Source: Candidatus Micrarchaeota archaeon
GTDB taxonomy: Archaea; Micrarchaeota; Micrarchaeia; Norongarragalinales; Norongarragalinaceae
Direction of reading: 5' to 3'
NCBI GenBank assembly: GCA_016207165.1
Contig: JACQQD010000012.1
Coordinates: 69,803 to 133,802, forward strand
DNA length: 64,000 nucleotides
Shown piece by piece: positions 36,619 to 46,046 of the stretch. Below the pieces are notes generated by a model. The model ran no database searches. It was not told the DNA's origin and worked only from the letters and a program-made list of their open reading frames with translations. A program made the position numbers and the translations under genes. Position 1 is the stretch's first letter. Each line of letters opens with the position of its first letter.

Positions 36619-37482
36619 TTACACCAAGAAACGGTGAAGCAAGTCACCGTAGGAGTCGATGCGGCGGTCGCGCAGGAAAGGCCATCCGTGGCGTTGGACG
36701 GAAATGGCGTCCAAATCGCATTCCGCAACGAGGACTTCCTCTTTTTCAAGGCTGGCTTCCGCCAGGATGCGTCCCGAAGGCGCGGCAACCAGGGAGTGAC
36801 CCCAGAACGTCAAATCGTCTTCGTTGCCGACCCGGTTGGCGGCGGCGACAAAGACGTTGTTGGCGATGGCGTGGCTTTGATGCATGGTCTTCCAGGCGTT
36901 GAGTTGGTCGGGCCGGTTTTGCTTGGCTTCGTTTTTGTGCCAGCCGATGGCCGTCGGGTAAAACAGGATGTCGGCGCCTTTAAGCGAAGTGATGCGCGCG
37001 GCTTCAGGGTACCACTGGTCCCAGCAAATCAGGATGCCGAGTTTCCCGTGCGGGGTGTCCACTACGCAGTAGCCTTTGTCGCCTTCCGCGAAATAGTATT
37101 TCTCGGAAAAGCTGTGCGCGTCCTGGGGAACGTGCATTTTGCGGTAGTGCCCCGCCATTTTTCCTCGGGGGTCCAAAACGATGGCGGAATTGAAGTACAC
37201 GCCAGGCGCGCGTTTTTCGAAGAGGGGGGCGACAAGGTAAAGCTTGTGCTTTTTCGCCATGGGCGAGAGCGCCTTGAAAGTGGGGCCTTGCAGGGGTTCG
37301 GCGTAATCGAAAAACGCCTCGTCTCCACGCTGGGGGAAATAGGGGGAACGGTACAACTCCTGGAGGCAGACGACGTGCGCCTTTTTTTGCGCCGCCTGCT
37401 CCACCAGGTGGACGGCTTTTTCCACGTTTTTTTCGGCGTCCCAACTGGCGGCAAACTGGATGACGGCGACGTTGGTCTTCAT
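36619..37482 (-). CDS. aguB: N-carbamoylputrescine amidase (nitrilase superfamily)
   Basis: LQELY, YRKMHVP, EKYYF, ICWDQWYPEAAR, YPTAIGW; upstream of aguA. Confidence 0.92.
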   Translation of the reverse strand: MKTNVAVIQFAASWDAEKNVEKAVHLVEQAAQKKAHVVCLQELYRSPYFPQRGDEAFFDYAEPLQGPTFKALSPMAKKHKLYLVAPLFEKRAPGVYFNSAIVLDPRGKMAGHYRKMHVPQDAHSFSEKYYFAEGDKGYCVVDTPHGKLGILICWDQWYPEAARITSLKGADILFYPTAIGWHKNEAKQNRPDQLNAWKTMHQSHAIANNVFVAAANRVGNEDDLTFWGHSLVAAPSGRILAEASLEKEEVLVAECDLDAISVQRHGWPFLRDRRIDSYGDLLHRFLV

Positions 37483-37574
37483 GAAAGCAAAAATTGCCGG
37501 CGGACTCTTAAGAGGTTTTCGTTGGGGGGTGGGCGGAAGCGCCTTAAAGCATGGAGGCGTGGAGGGAGGTAATC

Positions 37575-38462
37575 ATGGAAAAGCGGCTGACGTTTCTACG
37601 AACACTCATCGAAATTTTCAGGAAGGGAGGGCGCAAACCCTGTGCCTCGGTCGTGATTCCGGCCAGGGATGCGGAGAAAACCATTGAGCGCGTGGTGGAT
37701 GCGGCCAAGAAATCGAGGTTCACCCGGGAAGTGCTGGTCGTAGACGGGTTTTCAGGCGACCGCACGCGGGAGCGCGCCGAAAAAGCGGGGGCCAAAGTCA
37801 TTCAACAGAGCCGGAAAAAGTATCCGGGCAAAGGCATCGCCCTAAGAGACGGGTTGGAGGCAGCGGAAAACGAATTCGTGGTGTTCGTCGACGCGGACAT
37901 CGACAACCTGTCACCGCGAAAAATCGATGAATTGGTGGAGCCGCTGGTGGAAGGCCAAGCGGATTTCGTCAAAGCCAATTACGCCCACAAGAAAGGACGG
38001 GTCACGGAATTGGCCGCCAAGCCCTTGCTTCGGCTGTTTTTTCCGGAGGCGACCGCGTTCGGGTATCCTCTGAGCGGCGAAATGGCGGGCAGAAAAACGG
38101 TGTTGAAATCCATTGAATTCGAGGAGGATTGGGGGGTGGACGTCGGCATTCTCCTGGATTTGTTGAAAAAAAACGCGCGAATCACGGAAGTGGACTTGAC
38201 GTACAAACAGCACCCCCAAAAAGAATTAGAGGACTTGGGCGCCATGGCGTTTCAAGTGTCCAAAGCCATCCTGCGACGAGCGAAAGCCTGGGGGCGGTGG
38301 AAGTCCACCAAAGAATTACGCGTCATGGAGGACATCGAGGAAGGCTTGGAGGAAGCGCTGGAGGACGCGGCGGATAAAAAGCGGCCGTGGCGCACTGGAA
38401 AGCCCAGAAAACCTGGAACCCGGCTCAAGGCACGAAACCGCCCTGGCATGCGAAGCCTTTAA
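37575..38462 (+). CDS. Glucosyl-3-phosphoglycerate synthase-like GT2 enzyme
   Basis: VVIPA, GKG.A, FVDAD, GRVTELAAKPLL, PLSGE.AG, WGVDVG.L.D; GGAGGT SD. Confidence 0.8.
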   Translation: MEKRLTFLRTLIEIFRKGGRKPCASVVIPARDAEKTIERVVDAAKKSRFTREVLVVDGFSGDRTRERAEKAGAKVIQQSRKKYPGKGIALRDGLEAAENEFVVFVDADIDNLSPRKIDELVEPLVEGQADFVKANYAHKKGRVTELAAKPLLRLFFPEATAFGYPLSGEMAGRKTVLKSIEFEEDWGVDVGILLDLLKKNARITEVDLTYKQHPQKELEDLGAMAFQVSKAILRRAKAWGRWKSTKELRVMEDIEEGLEEALEDAADKKRPWRTGKPRKPGTRLKARNRPGMRSL

Positions 38463-38506
38463 ATGGCAAAATCCGTCTTAACCTCGTTAAGTGGAGGGGG
38501 TTTCCT

Positions 38507-38899
38507 ATGAGAAAGTGGGTAGGGTTATTGGTTCTTTTTGGCGTGTTGTTATTCGGCTGCGCGTCACCGCAAGCCCCGCAAAACACGCAGGCGCCGGCCA
38601 CGGCCGCGGTGGTGTCCGGAGGGGTCCAGGAAATTTCCATGACCGCCAAGTCGTTTGAGTTCAGTCCCGCCACATTCACCGTCAAAAAAGGCGTGCCCGT
38701 CAAGCTGACCATCACGTCAGAGGACGTCGAGCATGGGTTTTCGATTTCGGAGTTCAACGTCAACGCCAAGTTGCAGCCCGGACAGGCTACCGTCGTTCAG
38801 TTCACGCCGGACAAGGCCGGGCAATTCACGTTCTTCTGCTCCGTGGTCTGCGGTGCGGGCCACGGCGGCATGAACGGCAAACTCGTCGTCACGGAGTGA
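38507..38899 (+). CDS. Cupredoxin lipoprotein with CuA-type site
   Basis: Lipobox LLFGC; DVEHGF and CSVVCGAGHGGM. Confidence 0.88.
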   Translation: MRKWVGLLVLFGVLLFGCASPQAPQNTQAPATAAVVSGGVQEISMTAKSFEFSPATFTVKKGVPVKLTITSEDVEHGFSISEFNVNAKLQPGQATVVQFTPDKAGQFTFFCSVVCGAGHGGMNGKLVVTE

Positions 38900-38906
38900 G
38901 CGGAAC

Positions 38907-39428
38907 ATGAACGCCGTCGGTAAAATCATTGCCGCGTGGGGCCTGGTCATCGCCTTGGCGTGGAGCTACCTGCACGTGGACAAAATCAATTTTTTCGGCA
39001 CCGGGTTCACGACGTCGGCCATGGTTTGGTGGACGGTGCTCATGGTGGCGCTGGTGCTGGCCACGTACAAGTGGTTTCCCAACGCCAAACAGAACAAGGT
39101 CGTGCACGCGTGGACCTTGATTTTGGCGGTGGGGCTCTTGGTCAACTACTTGAATTTGTACAACATCCTGCCGGCCAGCCTGCAATTGTATAGCTACTAC
39201 CACACGTGGCTGTTGTTGGGAGCCATCGGCTTTGCCTATACCGCCATGAAGTGGACGCCGAAATCCGCGCCGATTTACTGGACGGCGGCGGGACTCAACG
39301 CGTTGCTCTTGGTGTACGCGTTGGTGGCCGTGACGGACCCGTTTTTCAACGCGTATTCGCTTTTGTTGGCGGGCCTGGTGCAAGGCGTGCCGACGTTGGT
39401 TGACGGCCTCGTCAACTACAACGGGTAG
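38907..39428 (+). CDS. Hypothetical integral membrane protein
   Basis: About 6 TM helices, Trp/Tyr/His-rich. Confidence 0.75.
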   Translation: MNAVGKIIAAWGLVIALAWSYLHVDKINFFGTGFTTSAMVWWTVLMVALVLATYKWFPNAKQNKVVHAWTLILAVGLLVNYLNLYNILPASLQLYSYYHTWLLLGAIGFAYTAMKWTPKSAPIYWTAAGLNALLLVYALVAVTDPFFNAYSLLLAGLVQGVPTLVDGLVNYNG

Positions 39429-39431
39429 AAA

Positions 39432-40028
39432 ATGAAGGCGTACCTGGCGTTCATGGTGCTGGCCGCGGCATTGGTCTTCGGCTGCACGGCACCCGCTAAC
39501 GCCACGGCGACGCCGACGGCCACAGCATCCCCTGCAATACAAACCTCAAGCGCGACGCCAGCCGTTACAGCAACCGTTGACGTTCAAGCCGAAATGGACG
39601 CCATGATGGAGGAAAACGGCGTGGGCACGTCCATGGGTCAAGGGCAAATGACGGCGTCCCAACGCGAAGCCATGGCGGAAAACGCCGGTTCCGGCAACGT
39701 TCTTTTTGGTCCCAACGCCTTCCAGCGGGTGCAATACGACATGCAAGGCAGCGTGTCAATTACCGAACGCGACGGAAAGAAGTTCCTCACGTTCTCGGAG
39801 GACTTTTCCACGCGCGCGGGTCCACGGCTCGTGGTGCGCTTGACGAAAACATCGGCGCCCACGTCGGTCTCTGCATTGGACTCGCAAGAACACGTGCTTT
39901 TGCATGACCTCATCGACGTGCAAGGCTACCAGGAATACGAGTTGCCGGCGGATTACGATCAATACGATGCTGTCATCGTGTTCTGCGAGCCCTTCCGCGT
40001 GATTTGGGGTTACGCTTCCCTGAAGTAA
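39432..40028 (+). CDS. DM13-domain lipoprotein
   Basis: Lipobox LVFGC, T/A linker, F.T..GP.L.V.L, G.Q.YELP, V..FCEPF.V..G.A.L. Confidence 0.85.
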   Translation: MKAYLAFMVLAAALVFGCTAPANATATPTATASPAIQTSSATPAVTATVDVQAEMDAMMEENGVGTSMGQGQMTASQREAMAENAGSGNVLFGPNAFQRVQYDMQGSVSITERDGKKFLTFSEDFSTRAGPRLVVRLTKTSAPTSVSALDSQEHVLLHDLIDVQGYQEYELPADYDQYDAVIVFCEPFRVIWGYASLK

Positions 40029-40036
40029 CCATTACC

Positions 40037-40333
40037 ATGGGCGCCGCATACTTCTCCTATTTGCTGGCGGTGCTCTTGGGCACGTTGGCCCTCTGTTTTT
40101 TCTTCCGGATTCGTATTCCCGTCCGGCGGGCCTTGACGGCCGTTTTTCCAGCGGCACTCTTGTTTGTCGCCTGGGACGCGTGGGCGGTTTTCCGGGGGCA
40201 TTGGACGTTCAACCCGGATGCCGTACTGGGAATTTTCATTGGCAACCAGCCGCTTGAGGAAATCGCGTTTTTCTTCGTGATTCCGTTTTTCTACATTACG
40301 GTTTGGGAAATCGCGAAAGCCAAGGTGAAATGA
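40037..40333 (+). CDS. Lycopene cyclase domain protein (CrtYc-like)
   Basis: F.AWD......GHW.FN, G..PLEEI.FF. Confidence 0.85.
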   Translation: MGAAYFSYLLAVLLGTLALCFFFRIRIPVRRALTAVFPAALLFVAWDAWAVFRGHWTFNPDAVLGIFIGNQPLEEIAFFFVIPFFYITVWEIAKAKVK

Positions 40334-40633
40334 GTGGAGTACACGTTCGTCTCGTTGGGCATGCTGATCCTGGCCGCGGGGCTTAACATGGCGTACAATC
40401 CCGCGTTCCGCAGAAGAAAAACCGTGCTGGTGGCCGTGTCCATGGCGGCCTTGGCGCAAGTGGTTTTCGACAACGTGACGGTGGCGGCGGGGTTCTGGGA
40501 GTTTAACGACGCGGCGACGTTGGGCATCCGCATCCCGTTCATGCCGTTGGAAAACCTTTTCTTCGGTTTGGCGTTGTTTTTGTTCACGATTTTTTTCTTT
40601 GAGCACTTCAAAAATCAGGGAAAATCGGATTGA
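40334..40633 (+). CDS. Lycopene cyclase domain protein (CrtYd-like)
   Basis: VFDN......G.W.FN....LGIRI...PLE..FFG. Confidence 0.85.
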   Translation: MEYTFVSLGMLILAAGLNMAYNPAFRRRKTVLVAVSMAALAQVVFDNVTVAAGFWEFNDAATLGIRIPFMPLENLFFGLALFLFTIFFFEHFKNQGKSD

Positions 40634-42081
40634 ATGCGGTGGACCACGTTGTCCGCCGAAAACAAGACGATGGGGATGCCTGAACCGGGGTGCGTGGAGG
40701 CCCCGACGAAATACAGGTTCTTGATTCGGGGGTCGCGGTTCTGCGGCCGGAAAAACGCGCTTTGCGTCAAGGTCGGCGACAGGCCGAACGTGGATCCCCA
40801 CTCCAACCCGAACCGGTCTTTCCAGTCTTGTGGGGTCACGATCTTCTGGAACGCGAAATCGGAGTCCTCCAAATCCAGGCCCAGCCACGCGTTGATTTTG
40901 CCCAAAACGGTTTTACGAAAAGCGGGCGCGGCTTGGTTCCAGTCGATGCCGGCCTGCAAGTTGGGCACCGGCACCAAAACATACAATCCATCGCATCCAT
41001 CCGGCGCCATTTCGGGAAACGTCTTGGACGCGCAACACAAGTAAATTCCGGGGTCGGAAGGCAGGCGCTTGGCGTCAAAAAGGTCCTGCATGCCTTTGGC
41101 AAAGTCTTCCGGAAGCAAAAACGCGTGGTGCTTCAACGGGAGCTTGCGTTTTACGCCGAAATACATCATGAACGCGCTGCACGACGGATCCAGTGTTCGC
41201 TTTTGTACTGGGCTTTGGCCTTTGGAAAGCAGGTGGGCGTAGGCGAAAGGCAAGTCCGCATTGCAGAGCACCACGTCCGACTCAAAAAAGCTTCCATCGG
41301 CCAAGCGAACTCCCTTCGCTTTTCCGTCCTCAACCACGATTTCGGAAACGGTTTGATTGGTTTGGATTCGGACGCCTTTCTTGTCAGCGATTTTTTTGAG
41401 GGCCACCGCGATCTGGTAAAGGCCGCCTTTCACAGTCCACACGCCTTGGGTGGCTTCCACGTACTGAATCAAACTGTACGCCGCCGGAATCTTCGCGGGC
41501 GAGCCGCCGACGTAAATGCTTTGAAACGACAAGGCGGCGCGGATTCTTGGGTTCTTAAAAAAGCGGGCGACGTGGTCGGAATACGAGCCGGACAAACCCA
41601 CCGCGAAAAAGGCTTGGGCGGCCTTCACGGAGAGAAAGTCGGAGAGGCGGTGAACGTTGCGTTGGAGAAAAAAGTCAAGGGCCGCGTCGTAGTGCTTCTT
41701 GCTTTCAGCCAAATAGTCGCCGTACCGGGCCGCGTCACGGGGGTCCACGCGCGACAAATCGGATTTCGTTTTTTGGACGTCGGAGCTGAGCGACAGCTTT
41801 TCGCCGGGAGAAAAATACACGTCGTAGACGGGGTCGATGGATTCAAGCGCGACATGGTCCTCCAACCGCTGGCCCAGGCGCTCAAAAGCATGACGCAGGA
41901 CGTCGGGCATCAGCAACAACGTGGGTCCGGCGTCAAAAGCGAATCCGTCTTGCGTGAAGCCGTAGAGCCGGCCGCCCGTAACCGCGTTCTTCTCGAAAAC
42001 CGTGACGTCGTGGCCTTTCTGGGCCAGGAGGCTGGAAGCGTAAAGCCCGCCCAATCCGGCTCCAATCACGGCAATGCGCAT
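40615..42081 (-). CDS. crtI: Phytoene desaturase
   Basis: IGAGLGG FAD motif, FDAGPT, FRP.N......NLYFVGASTHPG.G.P.V. Confidence 0.95.
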   Translation of the reverse strand: MRIAVIGAGLGGLYASSLLAQKGHDVTVFEKNAVTGGRLYGFTQDGFAFDAGPTLLLMPDVLRHAFERLGQRLEDHVALESIDPVYDVYFSPGEKLSLSSDVQKTKSDLSRVDPRDAARYGDYLAESKKHYDAALDFFLQRNVHRLSDFLSVKAAQAFFAVGLSGSYSDHVARFFKNPRIRAALSFQSIYVGGSPAKIPAAYSLIQYVEATQGVWTVKGGLYQIAVALKKIADKKGVRIQTNQTVSEIVVEDGKAKGVRLADGSFFESDVVLCNADLPFAYAHLLSKGQSPVQKRTLDPSCSAFMMYFGVKRKLPLKHHAFLLPEDFAKGMQDLFDAKRLPSDPGIYLCCASKTFPEMAPDGCDGLYVLVPVPNLQAGIDWNQAAPAFRKTVLGKINAWLGLDLEDSDFAFQKIVTPQDWKDRFGLEWGSTFGLSPTLTQSAFFRPQNRDPRIKNLYFVGASTHPGSGIPIVLFSADNVVHRIQSDFP

Positions 42082-42105
42082 GCAGGGAAACGGGACGGAG
42101 TACAA

Positions 42106-42870
42106 CTAAAGGGTTTGCGCGACCGCGGCTTTGGGCGTCTCCAAGATCTTCGCGTACGACGACAGGCACGCCACGGCACAGGCCCGCGTGGATCGGGGTA
42201 CCAGCGCCAAGCCTGGCTTGGCCGAAGCGTAATGGTCGCGGGCTTTCGCGGAAAGAATGCGAAGCACGGCTTGAGTTTCATGGGGCGCCTTGTTTTCAAT
42301 GACGTCGGCGGGCGTTGCCCCGAATTCCGCCAACAAGTCTTCCGGCAGGTAAACGCGGCCCAACTTCGCGTCCTCCGCCACGTCGCGCACGATGTTGGTC
42401 AACTGCATGGCCAAACCCAGTTTCACGGCGTACGCGTCCGCCTGCGCTTTAGCGCCCAACACGCGCGTCACCATGAGGCCCGGCACGGACGCGACCTGAT
42501 AAGAGTATTGCTCCAAGTCGGAAAGCGTGGCGAATCCCTGGAAATTCAAGTCCTTGGCCACGCCGTCCAAGACGTCCAGAGGCAACTTCGCTGGAATGGA
42601 AAAGTCCAAAACGGTTTGAATGAACGCGGCCAGAACGGGATTGGCGGGTCGTCCATCAAGGCCTGCTTGGACGGCTTGCCGCCAGCGGGCGAAGTGTTCG
42701 GCGCGGTTGGATAACGGCTCGTCGGCGAGGTTGTCCGTCACGCGGCAAAAGGCGTACACGGCGCAGGCCGCTTGGCGTTGCGGTAACGGCAGAAGCGTGG
42801 AGGCCTGGTAAAAGCGCGATCCATAGCGCTTCGTGATGCGTTGGCACTGCGCAAAAACCGATTCCGCCAT
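42106..42870 (-). CDS. crtB: Phytoene/squalene synthase
   Basis: YAFCRVTDNLADE, Y.Y.VA.VPG, LGLAMQLTNIVRDVAED...GRVYLP. Confidence 0.94.
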   Translation of the reverse strand: MAESVFAQCQRITKRYGSRFYQASTLLPLPQRQAACAVYAFCRVTDNLADEPLSNRAEHFARWRQAVQAGLDGRPANPVLAAFIQTVLDFSIPAKLPLDVLDGVAKDLNFQGFATLSDLEQYSYQVASVPGLMVTRVLGAKAQADAYAVKLGLAMQLTNIVRDVAEDAKLGRVYLPEDLLAEFGATPADVIENKAPHETQAVLRILSAKARDHYASAKPGLALVPRSTRACAVACLSSYAKILETPKAAVAQTL

Positions 42871-42939
42871 AAGCAAACAAACGTAGGAGCCAACGCGTTA
42901 AAAACAGAGTAGGGGAACTGCCTTTTTTTCAGGCGCGGG

Positions 42940-43671
42940 TTACTTCTTCTCGGCTTTGGGCTTGGCGTCGCCCTTGGCCGGGGCGGCAGGCTTGGCGTCG
43001 GCTTTCTCGCCTTCCTTGCCTTCCAAAGGCTTGGCGGCCTCGCCAGCGGCACCCTCAGCAGCCGGAGCCGCTTCCACTTTGGCTTCTTCCACGACTTTCT
43101 TGCGGAAGGACACCACGCCGCGGGCTTTCTTGTCGATGTTCCACTGCTCATTGGAAATGTCTTTGATGATCAGCGTGAACGCGCCGGACAGCTTGAGTTG
43201 TCCGCGCTTGAACGCGGTTTTGGCCACGGGCAACGCCGCCTTCAGCACTCGGGCGCGGAACACGGCCTCGCCAGCACCGATGCGCGCCATCCGCCCCTTG
43301 GGCCGGCCAAACGCCAGCTTCATGCCCTTGGAAATGCGGTCCGCGCCGGCCACGCCCAAGTTGGTGTGTTCGCGCAAGACGAGGTGCGGGTACTTGAGCA
43401 CTTGCAGGAAAAATTGGTCGATGAGCGCTTTTTCCATGACCTTATTGATGGCTTGGCGGGCGGCTTCCAAGGAGTTGTCGCGCAACTGGATGGGTTTGTC
43501 GGGCACCAAATCAATTTCCAAGTCGAAGTACTGGTCGGAGCCCATGTTGAATTGGCGGACTTTGACGTTGGGCGCGCCCTTGACGTACGATTTCCGGGGC
43601 TTTTTCTTGGAGATGCGGGCCCACGGCTGGCCTTTGACTTCGCGGCACGTTCTGGCTGGACGCAAACCCAT
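42940..43671 (-). CDS. rpl10e: 50S ribosomal protein uL16 (L10e) with low-complexity A/K/E/P tail
   Basis: LEAARQA.N, YPH.VLREH, AGADR.S.GM..AFGRP.G. Confidence 0.96.
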   Translation of the reverse strand: MGLRPARTCREVKGQPWARISKKKPRKSYVKGAPNVKVRQFNMGSDQYFDLEIDLVPDKPIQLRDNSLEAARQAINKVMEKALIDQFFLQVLKYPHLVLREHTNLGVAGADRISKGMKLAFGRPKGRMARIGAGEAVFRARVLKAALPVAKTAFKRGQLKLSGAFTLIIKDISNEQWNIDKKARGVVSFRKKVVEEAKVEAAPAAEGAAGEAAKPLEGKEGEKADAKPAAPAKGDAKPKAEKK

Positions 43672-43808
43672 GATGTCATTACCGAATAAGGACTTGAACT
43701 GACGAAAATCAGCGGTTAACTGATTGCGTGAAGCCGTTTAAAAGCTTATTGGGATCGTTAAAGCGCCAAAGAAAAAAGCTATAAATCCAGAGGGGTGTTC
43801 TAAAGCCC

Positions 43809-44651
43809 ATGAAATCTTTTCGCTACACCGGACTTTTACACCGGGTGATGAGAGAAGAAGCGCACATGGATGCCGACCCGGATTTGAAGGCCCATCGCTT
43901 CCGAGAAGCATTGTACGGCGCACTGTCTGCATACCATCACGTGATAAACGCACTGGACGCAAAACGCAGAGCACGCGAAGACCGGGGAAACCCCTCTTCG
44001 GAAGAGCTAGAAGAAATGCTTGAACTTGCCCAACGCGCCAAGGTACTACACGAAGCGGCCGTGTCCAAGCTAACCGGAGGGTACGTTTACGCCGGAGCCC
44101 ATTTAACGGAAACCGAGCGTTTGGCGAAGCGGTTTGAGCAATACGCGTCAACCATTGCCACGCCGGGAAAAAAAAGGGGAGTCGTCCACTGGGACGTCAA
44201 GCCGGAAGTGCTGGCCGATTTTGGAATAGACGCGGAGGCCCTTGAAAGATCGATAGCGGAGGAAAGTAAAGCCAGTAAAAAGTACGCCCGACAGCGGCTT
44301 TCAAACCTCCAAGAAGTCGAAACCGTCGCCGGACGACTTCGTTCCATGATGAACGTGGTCGACGGTGAAGAACTGGAGACGTTGGGCCATGAAATTCGCC
44401 GCATGGAGGAGAAGCTTGACCACCTGAAATGGGTTGAAAGCAAGGACGGGGCGCACGCGGAAGAAGTTGAACGCCGAAGGCCATACGGCCAGGTTCGGGG
44501 AGTCATCCAGCAACTCTCCACACTGGCCAAAAAGGCCCAACGAGCGCTGTTGGCTCACGGAGTCGAAGGCTTTGATCCACGATTTGAACGAAAAATTGTG
44601 GCCGAACGAAGCCTACGGCTCGACCAGGAAGGAGAGGAAGCAAAGGCGTAA
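43809..44651 (+). CDS. Hypothetical helical/coiled-coil protein
   Basis: 280-aa E/R/A-rich ORF with its own TATA-like element upstream. Confidence 0.65.
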   Translation: MKSFRYTGLLHRVMREEAHMDADPDLKAHRFREALYGALSAYHHVINALDAKRRAREDRGNPSSEELEEMLELAQRAKVLHEAAVSKLTGGYVYAGAHLTETERLAKRFEQYASTIATPGKKRGVVHWDVKPEVLADFGIDAEALERSIAEESKASKKYARQRLSNLQEVETVAGRLRSMMNVVDGEELETLGHEIRRMEEKLDHLKWVESKDGAHAEEVERRRPYGQVRGVIQQLSTLAKKAQRALLAHGVEGFDPRFERKIVAERSLRLDQEGEEAKA

Positions 44652-44715
44652 GCAAATTCGTCATTCGCCAAAGAACCTTGGACTTAAAAGCTGGCTCGTC
44701 GTTTCATTTTCCGGC

Positions 44716-46044
44716 ATGGCGAAGAAGACCCTCGTGATTTTCGGCATCACCGGCGACTTGGCGTCCCGGAAACTCTTGCCCGCGCTTTGGAACGGCTTTC
44801 TGAACGGAAGATTCAAGGACCTCTCCATTTGGGGCGTGGGGCGCAAGCCTTGGGGCAACGCGGGTTTGCACAAGAACGCGAGGGAAGTCTGCGAACCGAA
44901 GGACGAGAAGGCGTGGCAGGCGTTCGAGAAAAAACTCGAGTTTTTCCGGGTGGACGTGGAAGACGAAAAGGAATTCAACGGATTCTGCGAAAAACTCGAC
45001 GGACGGAGCGATTTGTTGTTCATGCTGGCCACGTTGCCTTCGCTGTACGAGAAGATATCGGCGCGCCTGGGAAAACTCGAAAACAAGGGGTACCGGCGCT
45101 TGATGATTGAAAAGCCGTTCGGCCACGACTTGAAATCCGCGCGGGCGCTGCACGCGGAACTCGCCAAGGATTTCGGAGAGGAAGTCTACCCCATGGACCA
45201 CTACCTTGGCAAAAGCGCGGTCCGCAACATCGTGGTCCTGCGTTTTTCCAACCCGTTGTTTGAACCGGTGTGGAACAACCAGTACATTCAAAGCGTGCAA
45301 ATCATCCAAACCGAGCAACAAGGCGTCGGACACCGGGCGGCGTTTTACGACGAAACCGGGGCGTTGAAAGACATGGTGCAGTCGCACCTGGTGCAAATGC
45401 TGGCGCGCGTGGCCATGGAGTGCCCCAAGAAGTGGGTGCCCGCGGAAGTGGCCAAAGAGAAAGCCATCGTCTTGGAGGCGTTGCGTCCCAGCGACGACAT
45501 CGTTTTCGGCCAGTACGCCGGCTACGAAAAGGAAGTCGGGCACGCTTCCAACACGGAAACGTTCGTGGCACTGAAGGCCTTCATCGACACGCCCCGCTGG
45601 AAGGGCGTGCCCTTCTATTTGCTGGCCGGCAAGAACCTGGAGTCCCGCTTCGCGCAAATCGTCATCACCTTCAAACCCATGCACTACAACGTGCCCGCGC
45701 TTCCAAGTACGTTAACCATCACCCTTCAACCCGAAGAAAAATTCATTCTGAAAGTCAACCTCAAGCGCGCCGGGGAATCGGAACTGGAGCCGTTCAAGAT
45801 GGAGTACTGCGAATCCTGCGAAATCCGTCCCCGCTCGCCGCAGGCCTACGAAGTGCTCTTCGAGGAAGCGCTGGAAGGCAAGAAGACGTTTTTCACGTGG
45901 TGGCCGGAAATCGAGGCGGCGTGGGAGTTCGTCGAAGCCGTCCAAAAGAAAGCCAAGGGCAAAAAGCCGTTGACGTACAAACCCGGCTCGCCGATTCCCA
46001 AAGCCGCCGAAAAAATCGTGGACTGGAAAGAGTACGGCGAGTAG
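44716..46044 (+). CDS. zwf: Glucose-6-phosphate 1-dehydrogenase (bacterial type)
   Basis: FGITGDLA.RKL.PAL, IEKPFG, DHYLGK, DMVQSHL, TETF, RW.GVPF. Confidence 0.96.
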   Translation: MAKKTLVIFGITGDLASRKLLPALWNGFLNGRFKDLSIWGVGRKPWGNAGLHKNAREVCEPKDEKAWQAFEKKLEFFRVDVEDEKEFNGFCEKLDGRSDLLFMLATLPSLYEKISARLGKLENKGYRRLMIEKPFGHDLKSARALHAELAKDFGEEVYPMDHYLGKSAVRNIVVLRFSNPLFEPVWNNQYIQSVQIIQTEQQGVGHRAAFYDETGALKDMVQSHLVQMLARVAMECPKKWVPAEVAKEKAIVLEALRPSDDIVFGQYAGYEKEVGHASNTETFVALKAFIDTPRWKGVPFYLLAGKNLESRFAQIVITFKPMHYNVPALPSTLTITLQPEEKFILKVNLKRAGESELEPFKMEYCESCEIRPRSPQAYEVLFEEALEGKKTFFTWWPEIEAAWEFVEAVQKKAKGKKPLTYKPGSPIPKAAEKIVDWKEYGE

Positions 46045-46046
46045 AA

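Noticed and set aside
38507-38899. Cytochrome c oxidase subunit II as evidence of respiration
   Set aside because: Stand-alone lipoprotein domain; no subunit I or assembly genes in the window
38907-39428. Rhodopsin next to the carotenoid genes
   Set aside because: 173 aa, about 6 TM helices, no retinal-binding Lys motif in the last helix
42082-42140. Frameshift truncating the CrtB C-terminus
   Set aside because: The protein is short, but neither alternative frame clearly restores a CrtB tail, and both Asp-rich motifs are intact
40690-42714. 674-aa plus-strand ORF, and similar long ORFs such as 1285-2598, 36121-37572 and 54581-55654
   Set aside because: Shadow frames overlapping well-supported genes in GC-rich sequence; no motifs
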